Made by a program: the position numbers and the translations under genes. 64,000 nucleotides of DNA, from NCBI GenBank assembly GCA_023247825.1, contig JAHFFR010000002.1, positions 4,972 through 68,971 on the forward strand, given 5' to 3'. Of this stretch, positions 46,601 through 57,419 are shown piece by piece. This DNA comes from Candidatus Omnitrophota bacterium (GTDB taxonomy: Bacteria > Omnitrophota > Gorgyraeia > Gygaellales > Profunditerraquicolaceae). The notes beneath the pieces were generated by a model. It was not told where the DNA came from. It did not search any database and worked only from the letters and a program-made list of their open reading frames with translations. Every line of letters begins with the position of its first letter. Within the stretch, counting starts at the first letter, position 1.

Positions 46601-49239
46601 GAAGAAATTATTTTCGATATTGCTGTTTCAGAAACCGGCATTACGGCTTTATTAATTTGCTGTTGCTTAGGCGCCTTAAAAACATCTTTATGCTTTGTCT
46701 CTTGCATATAACTCTGGAAGCTCACCAACGGCATACTATATACGCCATTTTCTCCTTTGATCAATTCAACCCTATTATTCTTCGCCCACTCCTTAAGATC
46801 CGGCGCAATTTTATCAAGATCATAAACCTCCTGAATAACTGTTTTTCCTCCCGCTTTTAAAACTACATTTACTGCTTTTATCCCCTTTTGTTTTTCTTCA
46901 GCTCTAAAGCCTATGACAAATTCCGCTGCTTTTTCGGACGATTCAAAGTTAAGCTGCCCCTGTTTCCCGATTGGCTGCGAAACAGTTTCTGGTATGTAAT
47001 TACTAAAGCTTGTTGGTTGATTGGGAATGGATGATTTTAGTCCTTCTGCAGAATTTAAATTAGGCACTATAATATTTCCATTATAATTATATGCCCCTTG
47101 CCCTAAATACTTCCCTTGAGGAACGGTGCTATGAATTTCCTGACCCGTCGTTGTTAATGCTTCCGCTTCATTAACTCGATCTCTTGCATTGTTCAAAATA
47201 GATCCTGTTGGATTAAATAAGGCGGGCTGGATAGGATTTTTTATAGTAGGGGTTATTCCAACCTGCGCGATTGGTGTTACATACTTACCGGAATAAGCTA
47301 TATTAGAATCAGACATAGAAGCTGACAAAGAAGTTTCTATTACGGCTCCGGCGGGGGAGGTAACGGAATAAGAAACCTGAGACATAGGCATTGAATTCGG
47401 CGCCCCGGCCGCCACTTGTATTGGGGAAAAACCAGCTATTTTATTTACGGCATCAGAAACTCCTGCTGCAAGAGGATTGATAAAGCTACTTACCACATTA
47501 GAAGCAAAACCATCTATTCCGGTTCCAGAAGATGCGGTTGATCCCTGGTTCTGCCGGTATTTATCTATAGTTGCGCTTATTCTGTGAGAAAAAATTGCGG
47601 GGTCGATTATTTCTCCGTGAGTCTTATCAAATAATTCTTGAAGCACTTCAGATTCTGTTCCTGTAATTCCTATATGAGCAAGAATAGCTCCGGGAAGATA
47701 TTCCTGAATCGCCTCTTCTTTAATGAACGTATTTAGTTTGAGCATTGCTCCTTTAGTAGCCCATTTACTGCCGATAACAAGCTCTTTATCCCCCAGCCAG
47801 TTTTCGAAAGGGCCTAAAATAGGAGACCGCTGAAGAATGGGGCCTAAAAAGGGTTGGGACGCGGCTACGCCTAAACTAAAAAGATAAGTTTTATTAATTG
47901 AAAAAGGTAATTTCCATTTAAAAGGCAGGACCCCGGTTAAATTCGTGCCCCCTTCTTCTTGGCTTAAAAAAGGAACTGAAGTTTGGTAAGCTTGGGCGCT
48001 CAATTTCAAGGCAGCGCCAGAAAAGCTATTAAATTTGGGGATATAGAATATACTAATACTTTTTTCATCTCCGCCTAAAACAGTGTTAACTGTCCCGAGC
48101 AGACCTGAGGTAAGAGTATTAAATAAAGTAACATCCTTAGTTATGCCTATTGTGCGGGGAACCAAATTCAGCGGATGCAAGCCTTCCAAAAATTCTTTTC
48201 CAGCAACCTTTAATCCAGGCATTAAGAGTTGTCCGCTTACTGCCTTAGCTCCCTGATAAGAAAAAGTTTTTATTCCCTGTCCGGTAGTGACTTTAGCAAT
48301 ATCCTTAGAAAAAGGGAGCATTATATCCTTAACAACTTCTCTGGTAGCTAACTTGGGAAGAAAAGATTTTATTTCTCCTAATGTAGCTCTTTCAAAAATT
48401 GCCTTGCCTGCTGCTGATACCGGACCTAAGCCGGGTAAGCCCACGATCTGATAAGCTTCTCCGGTAAGGTTATAGGCAATTTTATAATCCGGTGATAAAC
48501 CTAACTGATCGATCCCTGCGTATACAGGTTTTCTCGCCGCTTCCACTAAGGCATAATTCTTGACATAGGTTAACGCGGAATCCGCGAACCATTTTCCTCT
48601 TCCTAAAGATTCTGGGGCAAGATCTATAGGTTTAAGGATGTTGTAAGCTTTAGACCCTGCCCACTCAAACCCTTGCGCAGCTTTTGGTCCTATATACTTA
48701 GCTATTGTTGGCAATTCTAATCTAATATACGAAGTAACGGGTTTAATAATTGGAGAGATGGTTTTTCCGATAACCGGTAAACCTACTTCTATCGCACCTA
48801 AAACTGCTTCCTCGGGAGTTATAGAGGCAACACCTTGTTTTGTAGAAATATACGGATTGGCTAAATCTTTGTCTATTGATAATTTCGTTGCAATATTAAT
48901 TGGAAGGGGTATCCAATTGTTGAATGTTTGGCCTATTGCTTTTGCTTGAGGACTACCCGCCTTAACTCCTGTAATCATTTCCATGGCGGGATTGGTTACC
49001 CGACCAACGGCATAGAAAGCAGCGCCAAAAGGACCATGAGAATCATACGCTCTGGCTGCGTTAGGCATTGCCTGGCGATTGCCGGCTGTCCAGGAATTGT
49101 AACTGCTTTTTGCGCCATTATAAACATTGGAGAGGCGGGATTGAATTTTTTCAAAAGCTCCAGCGTAAGCTAACTGCTCAAAAGGAAAAATAAATATTAG
49201 TAACCAAGCAATAATTCTTTGCCAACTTTTATAGTTCAT
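40699..49239 (-). CDS. Giant (2,846 aa) secreted or envelope multidomain protein
   Basis: A single uninterrupted ORF of 8,541 nt. It has a Sec-type signal peptide and internal kinase-like, GHKL (two sets) and HExxH motifs, listed below as separate features. Confidence 0.85.
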   Translation of the reverse strand: MNYKSWQRIIAWLLIFIFPFEQLAYAGAFEKIQSRLSNVYNGAKSSYNSWTAGNRQAMPNAARAYDSHGPFGAAFYAVGRVTNPAMEMITGVKAGSPQAKAIGQTFNNWIPLPINIATKLSIDKDLANPYISTKQGVASITPEEAVLGAIEVGLPVIGKTISPIIKPVTSYIRLELPTIAKYIGPKAAQGFEWAGSKAYNILKPIDLAPESLGRGKWFADSALTYVKNYALVEAARKPVYAGIDQLGLSPDYKIAYNLTGEAYQIVGLPGLGPVSAAGKAIFERATLGEIKSFLPKLATREVVKDIMLPFSKDIAKVTTGQGIKTFSYQGAKAVSGQLLMPGLKVAGKEFLEGLHPLNLVPRTIGITKDVTLFNTLTSGLLGTVNTVLGGDEKSISIFYIPKFNSFSGAALKLSAQAYQTSVPFLSQEEGGTNLTGVLPFKWKLPFSINKTYLFSLGVAASQPFLGPILQRSPILGPFENWLGDKELVIGSKWATKGAMLKLNTFIKEEAIQEYLPGAILAHIGITGTESEVLQELFDKTHGEIIDPAIFSHRISATIDKYRQNQGSTASSGTGIDGFASNVVSSFINPLAAGVSDAVNKIAGFSPIQVAAGAPNSMPMSQVSYSVTSPAGAVIETSLSASMSDSNIAYSGKYVTPIAQVGITPTIKNPIQPALFNPTGSILNNARDRVNEAEALTTTGQEIHSTVPQGKYLGQGAYNYNGNIIVPNLNSAEGLKSSIPNQPTSFSNYIPETVSQPIGKQGQLNFESSEKAAEFVIGFRAEEKQKGIKAVNVVLKAGGKTVIQEVYDLDKIAPDLKEWAKNNRVELIKGENGVYSMPLVSFQSYMQETKHKDVFKAPKQQQINKAVMPVSETAISKIISSPASSKFSLIAKFKNIASRFKNSLSNPLSRKGDESSSLKISPVFQLKQQLERAPLIAPQGLADNFVSQIRSRISIGTLKSLFYRGMSPDKISSQIDKALLNIKQLAEVVERDKFPLDIIKTNLIDNYYLDSALRYAPVERINRYLNNVIQHWEEIPKAARKVYLRYALYKDSYGGGFSDEFTSFRFNKGLLNEFDTVGYNRLADNQIREADDSFNKFFDTFSSVLKLKNITWKGEQFDVLGYDLMGQTSVEQEGRNPIFKANVRSSKTQEEKVFLVKLTEKSSSRNEIIITKISDLLNLPHSDVNILEEKKDKDFLLIEPVKHERIAFRSLRRDFVADKGLETIFKSPEFAKERLKEIGAIKLLDRALGAGDIAERHMLLSDKGIIRIDWEDSFVYEFGENLEMQHESDISFMNLLRETGEPRGIEDVDTYINQGAEEMLHNLNVHKEEIRQLIKNDIDSVRANQFAAVIDALGNELTSTGKINISITDRPVVKIKVNELKEEVLKAETEPIRNLGQPNADSSQIGKLAKGEQVIQKDNKKSLKVSYTKENVKVSKEIELTPVDNQGLIKPLQDLIQVNPQQSQILEAFLGILQKSPPEFYTFSTLIEDLFGFSSSQDNIITLHQDLSSNPVAVFHEIGEYLIDSKAIELKLNEANQLVIINKQTNQEIAKIGLKGESLAIANKDPKNPHYLLRALQRGVFGEKDRELTKEIKEKQVTNSDSGGRKGWRALDDAVEIKSLIKDLLGKISHSIKIRLAKNLGSDDIEKYSSDAGKWLLGKNRNLIEVIIKLTGINDASRWKGELEDIIKRQFEKADNRPLVEPITNSLDAISKGSYLKEVDIIVRENNVAIVDKAGGMDLGEIIAYLVVPKISGSRGQEGAVAQFGVGFYSLLNLLKKPGDELIVRTYTSTSKDGYEVVYTFKDNMEIANLYITIRPLKNIDRNRGTEVLIKSSFNPESVVKEIKDALSYNQRAKIYVDYNNQKVLINDLSLFRFITSGSAQALVKETDSSEHSEVVLTIMGVKIFSIPLIGKNIPKKLAVELSEPSLVPRARNQIEVNAKARAIVKELVEKILAQADWRTINGLVPLLERLDEENKSSEDKLLDYLYKRLFGLAKENNIIFIPDIDKLQQAKDGAVLIHPQVFSKLISLGYRPGLKKYGFYIPLKKFSLDKEANNKIEWVPNVNAVIYAIDIQDENIGLVLISNDIENGPIFLLNKKYLPKTTIAGIVLDTLIEFILGQRGDYEAWDSNIGMVAALSKNPFMFLQSSAFLKSTIIKYNDIPPQLKFSDYIEPKFEMLDLNWIDRKSKAAPTEFSLSLLPFIINLINGEGKSADIATLKKLLEEINKGKISINPLGRKYNERDIQTSVDQQNIAPYINIRENGQNTRDEAIRQGRKGKLNIKAEISGDKKRIILTFEDDFGMDAVKLLQFLLNPGASDKRDDQRLTGRFGRGFLTNLKDAQEVKVKTSLGDGQVIYVSLKPIRNTKQETTDIKVSIFQKPEQYKGTEIEVIKNVEGNSEAELSYILKKAALYVGLIDKNILEITLNGNALNKGSFREEDLLSWVDTTYGKLSFYHHPDRRAVTHKQLYVGSINEQYVKAIPPFLLEILLKHGIIIDLPNKLELISDRSGLTLSDEKLKELEKATFAAAIMAAARLYIDGLREVVELFPYDFDDPEVLLTWEARCPDDVREDLQNIRKGSLEKLDIDKYSADKDKLVYLISVFPVHKDMSITQLIIEIATGKLSIEGMPPALAKELARKRNELMRKIRGDSNGKVSQIELEKITQLSPFAPDILKNYPEFVIYSLLAEFLSKTASLLLGKEIKVMFTADLERGASAYTWRGSDTIVWNLAGMNRRIEQLSRLLKGTMEVDEPEARELIGGLILGVCHEATHIPESAGRLTHNTDFKTKTIELMQNIALEDNAEKIAKIIDTLKNPQANFVSTALFTEQMAENMKEKTASSTRVEEAAHP
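40936..40950 (-). other. HExxH (HEATH) motif near the C-terminus of the giant protein
   Basis: LGVCHEATHIPESAGRLTHN. A possible zincin-type site; the motif alone is weak evidence. Confidence 0.3.
42150..42480 (-). other. GHKL ATPase motif set 2, sacsin-like
   Basis: N-box ENGQNTRDEA (42436-42465), G1-like EDDFGMD, G2 TGRFGRGFLT (42241-42270). Confidence 0.55.
43800..44160 (-). other. GHKL (Bergerat-fold) ATPase motif set 1, Hsp90-like
   Basis: N-box EPITNSLDA (44116-44142), G1 VDKAGGMD, G2 AQFGVGFYS (43933-43959). Confidence 0.65.
45400..45810 (-). other. PI3/PI4-kinase-like catalytic core motifs within the giant protein
   Basis: KVFLVKL (Lys strand), FLLIEPV (hinge-like), LLDRALGAGDIAERHMLL (compare GxGDRHxxN) and GIIRIDWEDSF (compare IDFG / IDHG). 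Confidence 0.4.
49159..49239 (-). other. Signal peptide of the giant protein
   Basis: MNYKSWQRIIAWLLIFIFPFEQLAYA|GA: positive n-region, hydrophobic core, AYA cleavage-type motif. Confidence 0.6.
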
Positions 49240-49375
49240 ATTTTATTAGTAAATACTTTTCTAAATTGTTTAAGAAAATGACAAAAAAATTTCTTTTCCC
49301 AAACTAAGAATTTTTGTGGCGTAACTAACGGTCTTGTATAAAGTTGCATTATTTTTTCCTTAGTTAAAGTATGCC

Positions 49376-49410
49376 ATTAAAAAGAGGGTTTTCAAGGCAA
49401 AAAACCCTCT
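49376..49410 (-). terminator. Intrinsic terminator-like hairpin upstream of the giant gene
   Basis: AGAGGGTTTT (49383-49392) pairs perfectly with AAAACCCTCT (49401-49410). On the minus strand it is followed by UUUUU. Confidence 0.5.
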
Positions 49411-49571
49411 ATAAGAAAGCGTTTTCTAAATGCTTGAGATTCTTCGCCCTGCGGGCTCAGAATGACATATAAATTGGCATTTGATCTAGTTTTAAGAAAA
49501 GGATTGCTTCCCCGCTACAAATCTTGGCGGGTCGCAATGACACGAGGACTATTTAGCAATAGTTTTAGAGG

Positions 49572-49619
49572 TAAAAAGCTAATTTGGACATTTATTAAGA
49601 ACAAAAAAATGTCCAAATT
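49572..49619 (-). terminator. rsmI terminator hairpin
   Basis: AATTTGGACATTT (49581-49593) and AAATGTCCAAATT (49607-49619) form a 13-bp perfect stem starting 5 nt past the rsmI stop. On the minus strand it is followed by AGCUUUUUA. Confidence 0.5.
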
Positions 49620-49623
49620 GGTA

Positions 49624-50277
49624 TTATATAACGATTACGAACTCACCTCGAGGTTTGCTTTTAGCAAGCTTCTGCCGGATAATTTCAGGGCTGGCGCGCA
49701 GAATCTCTTCAAATTTCTTAGTTAATTCCCGGGCCACTGCAATTTCTTTATCACCATAAACTGTGTTTATGTCTTGGAGGCTAGCCAAAATCCTGTGGCA
49801 GGATTCATAAAAAACCAGGGTGCAGCCTAAATTTTTTAGTTTTTCCAGATGGTTCCTGCGCGCACCAGCGCGATTAGGCAGAAACCCGGCAAAATAAAAT
49901 TCGTGCGCAGGCTTTCCAGAAAGCACCAGCGCATTCACAAATGCCGCAGCCCCCGGAATAAAAGTCATCTCCAGATTATTTTTTATCGCCAGATTGATTA
50001 AATTATACCCGGGATCAAGTATGCCCGGGGTACCGGCATCGGAAACCAAGGCGATATTTTTTCCTGCTTTTAATAAATCAACCAGGTATTCACCTTTAGT
50101 AAATCTATTATGTTGGAAAAAACTTGTGGTAGGAGTTGTAATTCCGTAGTGGGTAAGCAGAATTTTGGTGTGCCGCGTATCTTCGCAGGCAATCAAATCA
50201 ACGCTTTTTAAAACCTCCGCTGCCCTAAGCGTTAAGTCTTTTAGATTGCCAATGGGAGTGGCAACGATATACAGCAT
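49624..50277 (-). CDS. rsmI: 16S rRNA (cytidine1402-2'-O)-methyltransferase
   Basis: LYIVATPIGNLKDLTLRAAEVLKSVDLIACEDTRHT and ARELTKKFEE. Confidence 0.9.
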   Translation of the reverse strand: MLYIVATPIGNLKDLTLRAAEVLKSVDLIACEDTRHTKILLTHYGITTPTTSFFQHNRFTKGEYLVDLLKAGKNIALVSDAGTPGILDPGYNLINLAIKNNLEMTFIPGAAAFVNALVLSGKPAHEFYFAGFLPNRAGARRNHLEKLKNLGCTLVFYESCHRILASLQDINTVYGDKEIAVARELTKKFEEILRASPEIIRQKLAKSKPRGEFVIVI

Positions 50278-52115
50278 TATTCAACGGTTACCGACTTTGC
50301 TAAATTACGCGGCTGATCCACATCACAGCCGCGCTTGACGGCAATATGATACGCCAATAATTGCAGCGGCAGGGCCACTAAAAGCGGAGAGAATATTTCT
50401 TCTGTCTTGGGGATATAGATTACTTCGCGGGTTAATTCTTTGATTTCCCGGTCTCCATCTGTGGCAATCGCGATGATTTTGCCTTTGCGTGAGCGGATCT
50501 CCTGGATATTCGAAACCATTTTTTCATAAACTTTTGAGCTGGGCGCAATGCAGACTACCGCCCGGTATTCATCAATTAAAGCAATCGGCCCATGCTTCAT
50601 CTCACCGGCCGCGTATCCTTCAGCCGGTATATAAGAGATCTCTTTTAATTTTAGGGCCCCTTCTAACGCAGAAGGATAATTTATGTTCCTGCCGAGATAT
50701 AAAAATGACCCCAAATGTGAATGTCTTCGGGCAAGGACGGCAATACTTTTTGCGCATTTTAAAATCTCAATCTGCTGCCCGGGGATCTTGCGTAATTCAT
50801 CTAATAATTTTTTAACTCTTGCCTCCGGCAAAATACCCCTAACCTGCGCCAGATAAAAGGCGAATAGATAAAGTGCGGTCAATTGAGCAGTGTAAGCTTT
50901 GGTTGAGGCAACACCGATTTCGGGCCCGGCATGGGTATAAATTATGCCGTCGGATTCCCGGGTCAATGTCGAACCTAAAACATTGCAGATAGAAATTACG
51001 GTTGAACCGCGCCTTTTAGCTTCTCTTATTCCGGCCAGGGTATCCGCTGTTTCACCTGACTGGCTTATGGCAATCACTAAAGTATCCGGGCCGATCAAAA
51101 GATCGCGATACCTGAATTCACTGGAGACATCGATATGCGCAGGAATCCCGCAAAGCGATTCCAGCGCGTATTTCGCCACCATCCCGGCATGGTATGCCGT
51201 GCCGCAGGCAACGATAAATATTTCCCGTGCCGCTTTCAATTTGGCTTCCGGGATATTCTGCTCTTTGAAAAATATCCTGCCCGTTTCCTTATGAATCCGG
51301 GAATTAATCAGGCCTTCTAAAATCTTGGGCTGCTCATTAATTTCTTTGAGCATAAAATGCGCAAACCCGGCTTTCTCCGCCTGGGCAATATCCCAATTAA
51401 TATGTGTAGTTTTTTTAAAAACAGTTTTCCCGTCAAGATTGCTAATCTTAAAATTATCTTTATCTAAAATTGCTACTTCGTTTTCATCGAGGAAAACAAC
51501 TTCCTTGGTAAAACCCAGGACTGCCGGAACATCCGAGGCAAGAAAATTTTCACCTTTGCCTACGCCGACAATTAAAGGACTGCCCAGGCGGGCCCCGATC
51601 AGTTTGTTCGGCTCTTTTGACGAAATTATCCCGATAGCAAAAGAACCTACTAATAATTTAAGCGCTTTACATACCGCATCCTCGAGAGGAATATTTTTAT
51701 AAAATTTTTCAATCAGGTGCACAATAACTTCGGTATCTGTCTGGCTGTTAAAAACATGGCCTTCCTTAATCAGCTGCGCTTTAAGGGATTCGTAATTCTC
51801 GATAATCCCATTATGCACAATAGCAATTGAACCTGAACAATCATGATGGGGATGGGCATTGGCCTGAGTAGGTGCGCCGTGTGTTGCCCAGCGAGTATGC
51901 GCTATACCGACCAGGCCGCTAAGGGGCTTGCTTTTAACTAATTTTTCTAATGCGCTGATTTTCCCGGGGGATTTTCTGATGGATATGCTGTTTTTTTGGG
52001 GGGAGATCAATGCTATACCGCTGGAATCATAGCCGCGGTATTCCAGGCGTTTTAAACCGGATAATAAGATGGGCTGCGCTTCTCCTTCACCGATATATCC
52101 GACTATTCCGCACAT
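50277..52115 (-). CDS. glmS: Glutamine--fructose-6-phosphate aminotransferase
   Basis: N-terminal MCGIVGY, two SIS domains, and the C-terminus NLAKSVTVE. Confidence 0.95.
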   Translation of the reverse strand: MCGIVGYIGEGEAQPILLSGLKRLEYRGYDSSGIALISPQKNSISIRKSPGKISALEKLVKSKPLSGLVGIAHTRWATHGAPTQANAHPHHDCSGSIAIVHNGIIENYESLKAQLIKEGHVFNSQTDTEVIVHLIEKFYKNIPLEDAVCKALKLLVGSFAIGIISSKEPNKLIGARLGSPLIVGVGKGENFLASDVPAVLGFTKEVVFLDENEVAILDKDNFKISNLDGKTVFKKTTHINWDIAQAEKAGFAHFMLKEINEQPKILEGLINSRIHKETGRIFFKEQNIPEAKLKAAREIFIVACGTAYHAGMVAKYALESLCGIPAHIDVSSEFRYRDLLIGPDTLVIAISQSGETADTLAGIREAKRRGSTVISICNVLGSTLTRESDGIIYTHAGPEIGVASTKAYTAQLTALYLFAFYLAQVRGILPEARVKKLLDELRKIPGQQIEILKCAKSIAVLARRHSHLGSFLYLGRNINYPSALEGALKLKEISYIPAEGYAAGEMKHGPIALIDEYRAVVCIAPSSKVYEKMVSNIQEIRSRKGKIIAIATDGDREIKELTREVIYIPKTEEIFSPLLVALPLQLLAYHIAVKRGCDVDQPRNLAKSVTVE

Positions 52116-52134
52116 TGAGCACCTGCAATTTTAA

Positions 52135-52209
52135 TGACCCTGACGGGATTTGAACCCGTGTCGAGAGCTTGAAAAGCTCTTGTCCTGGACCAGGCTAGAC
52201 GACAGGGTC
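52135..52209 (-). tRNA. tRNA-Glu (anticodon TTC), CCA not encoded
   Basis: Reverse complement GACCCTGTCGTCTAGCCTGGTCCAGGACAAGAGCTTTTCAAGCTCTCGACACGGGTTCAAATCCCGTCAGGGTCA. The anticodon loop is TTTTCAA. Confidence 0.9.
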
Positions 52210-52217
52210 TATTAGCC

Positions 52218-54650
52218 TTATTCACTTTCCTCCGCGATTACCGGAGCAACACAAGAAACTCGGTCTTTATCTTGCAGCTTAATTAACCGTACGCCCTGCG
52301 ATGAACGTCCGGTTTCCCGGATATCTTTTATCGCGCAGCGCAGGAATATTCCGTTTTGGGTAATTACCATCAGCTCATCTTTATCGTTTACGGTTTTTAA
52401 ATTTACTGCCTGGCCGTTCTTATCGGTAACTTTAATATTAATTACTCCTTTGCCGCCGCGGCTGGTTAAACGATACTCATCAACAGTCGTGCGTTTTGCA
52501 AAACCTAACTCCGTCACCGTTAAAATGGTCGAGCCTTTTTGCGGGACCACCATATCAATAACTTCGTCTTTCTTGGCTAAAGATACCGCGCGCACCCCAT
52601 GAGCGCCTCTGCCCATTTCGCGCACCTTGTCTTCGGGGAACCTTATTGCTTTGCCTTGCTTGGTTCCAATAAGTAACTCCTGTTTTCCATCGGTCATCTC
52701 AACCCCGATTAACGTATCATCCTTGTCGAGGGTAATACCGATAATGCCTGCCTTGCGCGGATTACCGTATGCATCAAGCTTAGTCTTTTTAACTTGGCCG
52801 AGCTTAGTCACCATCACCAAATATTTATCCGCGGAGAATTCTTTTACCGGAATTGTCGAACTGACCTTAGCCGTAGCCTCCATCTGCACAAGGTTAATAA
52901 TCGCCTTTCCTTTGGATATGCGGCTTGCCTGAGGAATCTCATAAACCTTTAACCAGTGCACCTGGCCTTTATCGGTAAAGATCAATAGGTAATCTTTGGT
53001 CGAGGCAACAAAAAGATGCTCACTGAAATCTTCTTCTTTTAATTCGGCTCCGGTTGCGCCAGTCCCCCCGCGCTTTTGTTTGCGGTAGGAGCTTACCGGC
53101 AGGCGCTTAATATAGCCTCCGTGGCTAATGGTTACCACCACGTCCTCGTCAGCAATCAAATCTTCAACTTCCAATTCCTCTGCCTCTCCAACGATATCTG
53201 TGCGGCGGTTATCACCGTATTTTTTCTTTAGCTCTTCCAACTCTTCTTTAATAATTGCTTCGATCTTTTTAACTGAAGCTAAAATTGCCCGGCACAATTC
53301 AATTTTCTTTAAAAGCTCGGCGTATTCGGCGTCAATTTTATCGCGCTCAAGAGCGGTTAGCCGCTGCAGCTGCATTTCAAGGATCGCCTGCGACTGAAGC
53401 TCCGACAATTCAAATTCCTTCATTAAGTTTATCTTGGCGGCATCCACGCTCTTTGAGGTTTTAATAACTTTAATGATCCGGTCGATAAACTTAAGCGCGA
53501 TTTTTAAGCCCTCTAAAATATGCGCCCGTTTTAAGGCTTTGTCTAATTCAAACTGCGTGCGCCTGCGGATAACCACCCGGCGGTGCTCAATATAACAATC
53601 CAACACCTGGCGTAAATTTAAAACCTTGGGCCGGTTATCCACCAGGGCCAGCATAATAATGCCAAAGGTGCATTCCAGCTGCGTGTGCTTAAAAAGCTGG
53701 TTTAACACAATCTGGGATTCGGTGTCGCGCTTAAGTTCAACCACGATGCGCATGCCTTCTTTATCCGATTCATCCCGGATATCCGAAATACCCTCGATTT
53801 TTTTATCATCCACCAAAGCGGCAATTGACTCAATAAGGGTAGACTTTTGCACCTGATATGGAATCTCGGTAAAAATAATCAAATCTTTGCCATTCTTCTG
53901 ATGCTCTACTGTTGCCCTGGAGCGCATCAGGAGTTTCCCCCTGCCGGTCAGATAGGCATCTTTAATCCCGGCTTTTCCGCAGATTAAACCGCCGGTAGGA
54001 AAATCCGGGCCCTTAATATAACGCATCAAATCTTTAATTTCCGCTTCGGGGTGATCGATAAGATAAATAATCGCATCGCATACTTCGTTTAAGTTGTGTG
54101 GCGGGATGTTTGTCGCCATGCCGACAGCAATTCCGCTTGAGCCGTTAACCAAAAGATTGGGCAAGGTAGCCGGCAAGAGTAAAGGTTCTTTTAAAGAAGA
54201 GTCAAAGTTTGGCCCGAAATTTACTGTTTCTTTTTCAATGTCCCCGAGCATCTCGTCGGCAACTGCGGCTAAACGTGCCTCGGTATAACGCATTGCCGCG
54301 GCTGCGTCGCCATCGACGGACCCAAAGTTCCCCTGGCCGTCAACTAAAGGATAGCGCAAAGAAAAATCCTGCGCCATTCTTACCAGGGTATCGTAAATGG
54401 CCACGTCTCCGTGAGGATGGTATTTACCCATGGTTTCCCCGACAATACGGGCGCATTTTTTATAGGGCTTGGAGTGTTCAAGGTTAAGCTCGGACATGGC
54501 ATAGAGTATGCGCCGATGCACAGGCTTTAGACCATCGCGCACATCAGGCAGGGCGCGGCCGACGATTACGCTCATTGCGTAATTTAGATAGGAATCTTTT
54601 ACTTCATCCTCAATATAAACTTCGATTATTTTTTCGTTACGCGTATACAT
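52218..54650 (-). CDS. gyrA: DNA gyrase subunit A
   Basis: [17 protein letters not shown] with the catalytic Tyr, and C-terminal beta-pinwheel repeats. Confidence 0.95.
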   Translation of the reverse strand: MYTRNEKIIEVYIEDEVKDSYLNYAMSVIVGRALPDVRDGLKPVHRRILYAMSELNLEHSKPYKKCARIVGETMGKYHPHGDVAIYDTLVRMAQDFSLRYPLVDGQGNFGSVDGDAAAAMRYTEARLAAVADEMLGDIEKETVNFGPNFDSSLKEPLLLPATLPNLLVNGSSGIAVGMATNIPPHNLNEVCDAIIYLIDHPEAEIKDLMRYIKGPDFPTGGLICGKAGIKDAYLTGRGKLLMRSRATVEHQKNGKDLIIFTEIPYQVQKSTLIESIAALVDDKKIEGISDIRDESDKEGMRIVVELKRDTESQIVLNQLFKHTQLECTFGIIMLALVDNRPKVLNLRQVLDCYIEHRRVVIRRRTQFELDKALKRAHILEGLKIALKFIDRIIKVIKTSKSVDAAKINLMKEFELSELQSQAILEMQLQRLTALERDKIDAEYAELLKKIELCRAILASVKKIEAIIKEELEELKKKYGDNRRTDIVGEAEELEVEDLIADEDVVVTISHGGYIKRLPVSSYRKQKRGGTGATGAELKEEDFSEHLFVASTKDYLLIFTDKGQVHWLKVYEIPQASRISKGKAIINLVQMEATAKVSSTIPVKEFSADKYLVMVTKLGQVKKTKLDAYGNPRKAGIIGITLDKDDTLIGVEMTDGKQELLIGTKQGKAIRFPEDKVREMGRGAHGVRAVSLAKKDEVIDMVVPQKGSTILTVTELGFAKRTTVDEYRLTSRGGKGVINIKVTDKNGQAVNLKTVNDKDELMVITQNGIFLRCAIKDIRETGRSSQGVRLIKLQDKDRVSCVAPVIAEESE

Positions 54651-54652
54651 GA

Positions 54653-57396
<2,744 letters not shown>

Positions 57397-57419
57397 TGCG
57401 CTAATCCCAAGAAAACGGC

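Noticed and set aside
40699-49239. The giant ORF as an assembly artefact or a fusion of several genes
   Set aside because: The frame is continuous with uniform composition and codon style. No internal RBS-plus-start pattern or remnant stop is evident at the domain boundaries. This cannot be fully excluded without read mapping, so it is noted under the finding's refutation criteria.
49462-49725. 87-aa plus-strand ORF upstream of the giant gene
   Set aside because: It runs through two terminator hairpins and the hairpin repeats and overlaps the 3' end of rsmI on the opposite strand. It has no RBS and its composition looks like translated non-coding DNA.
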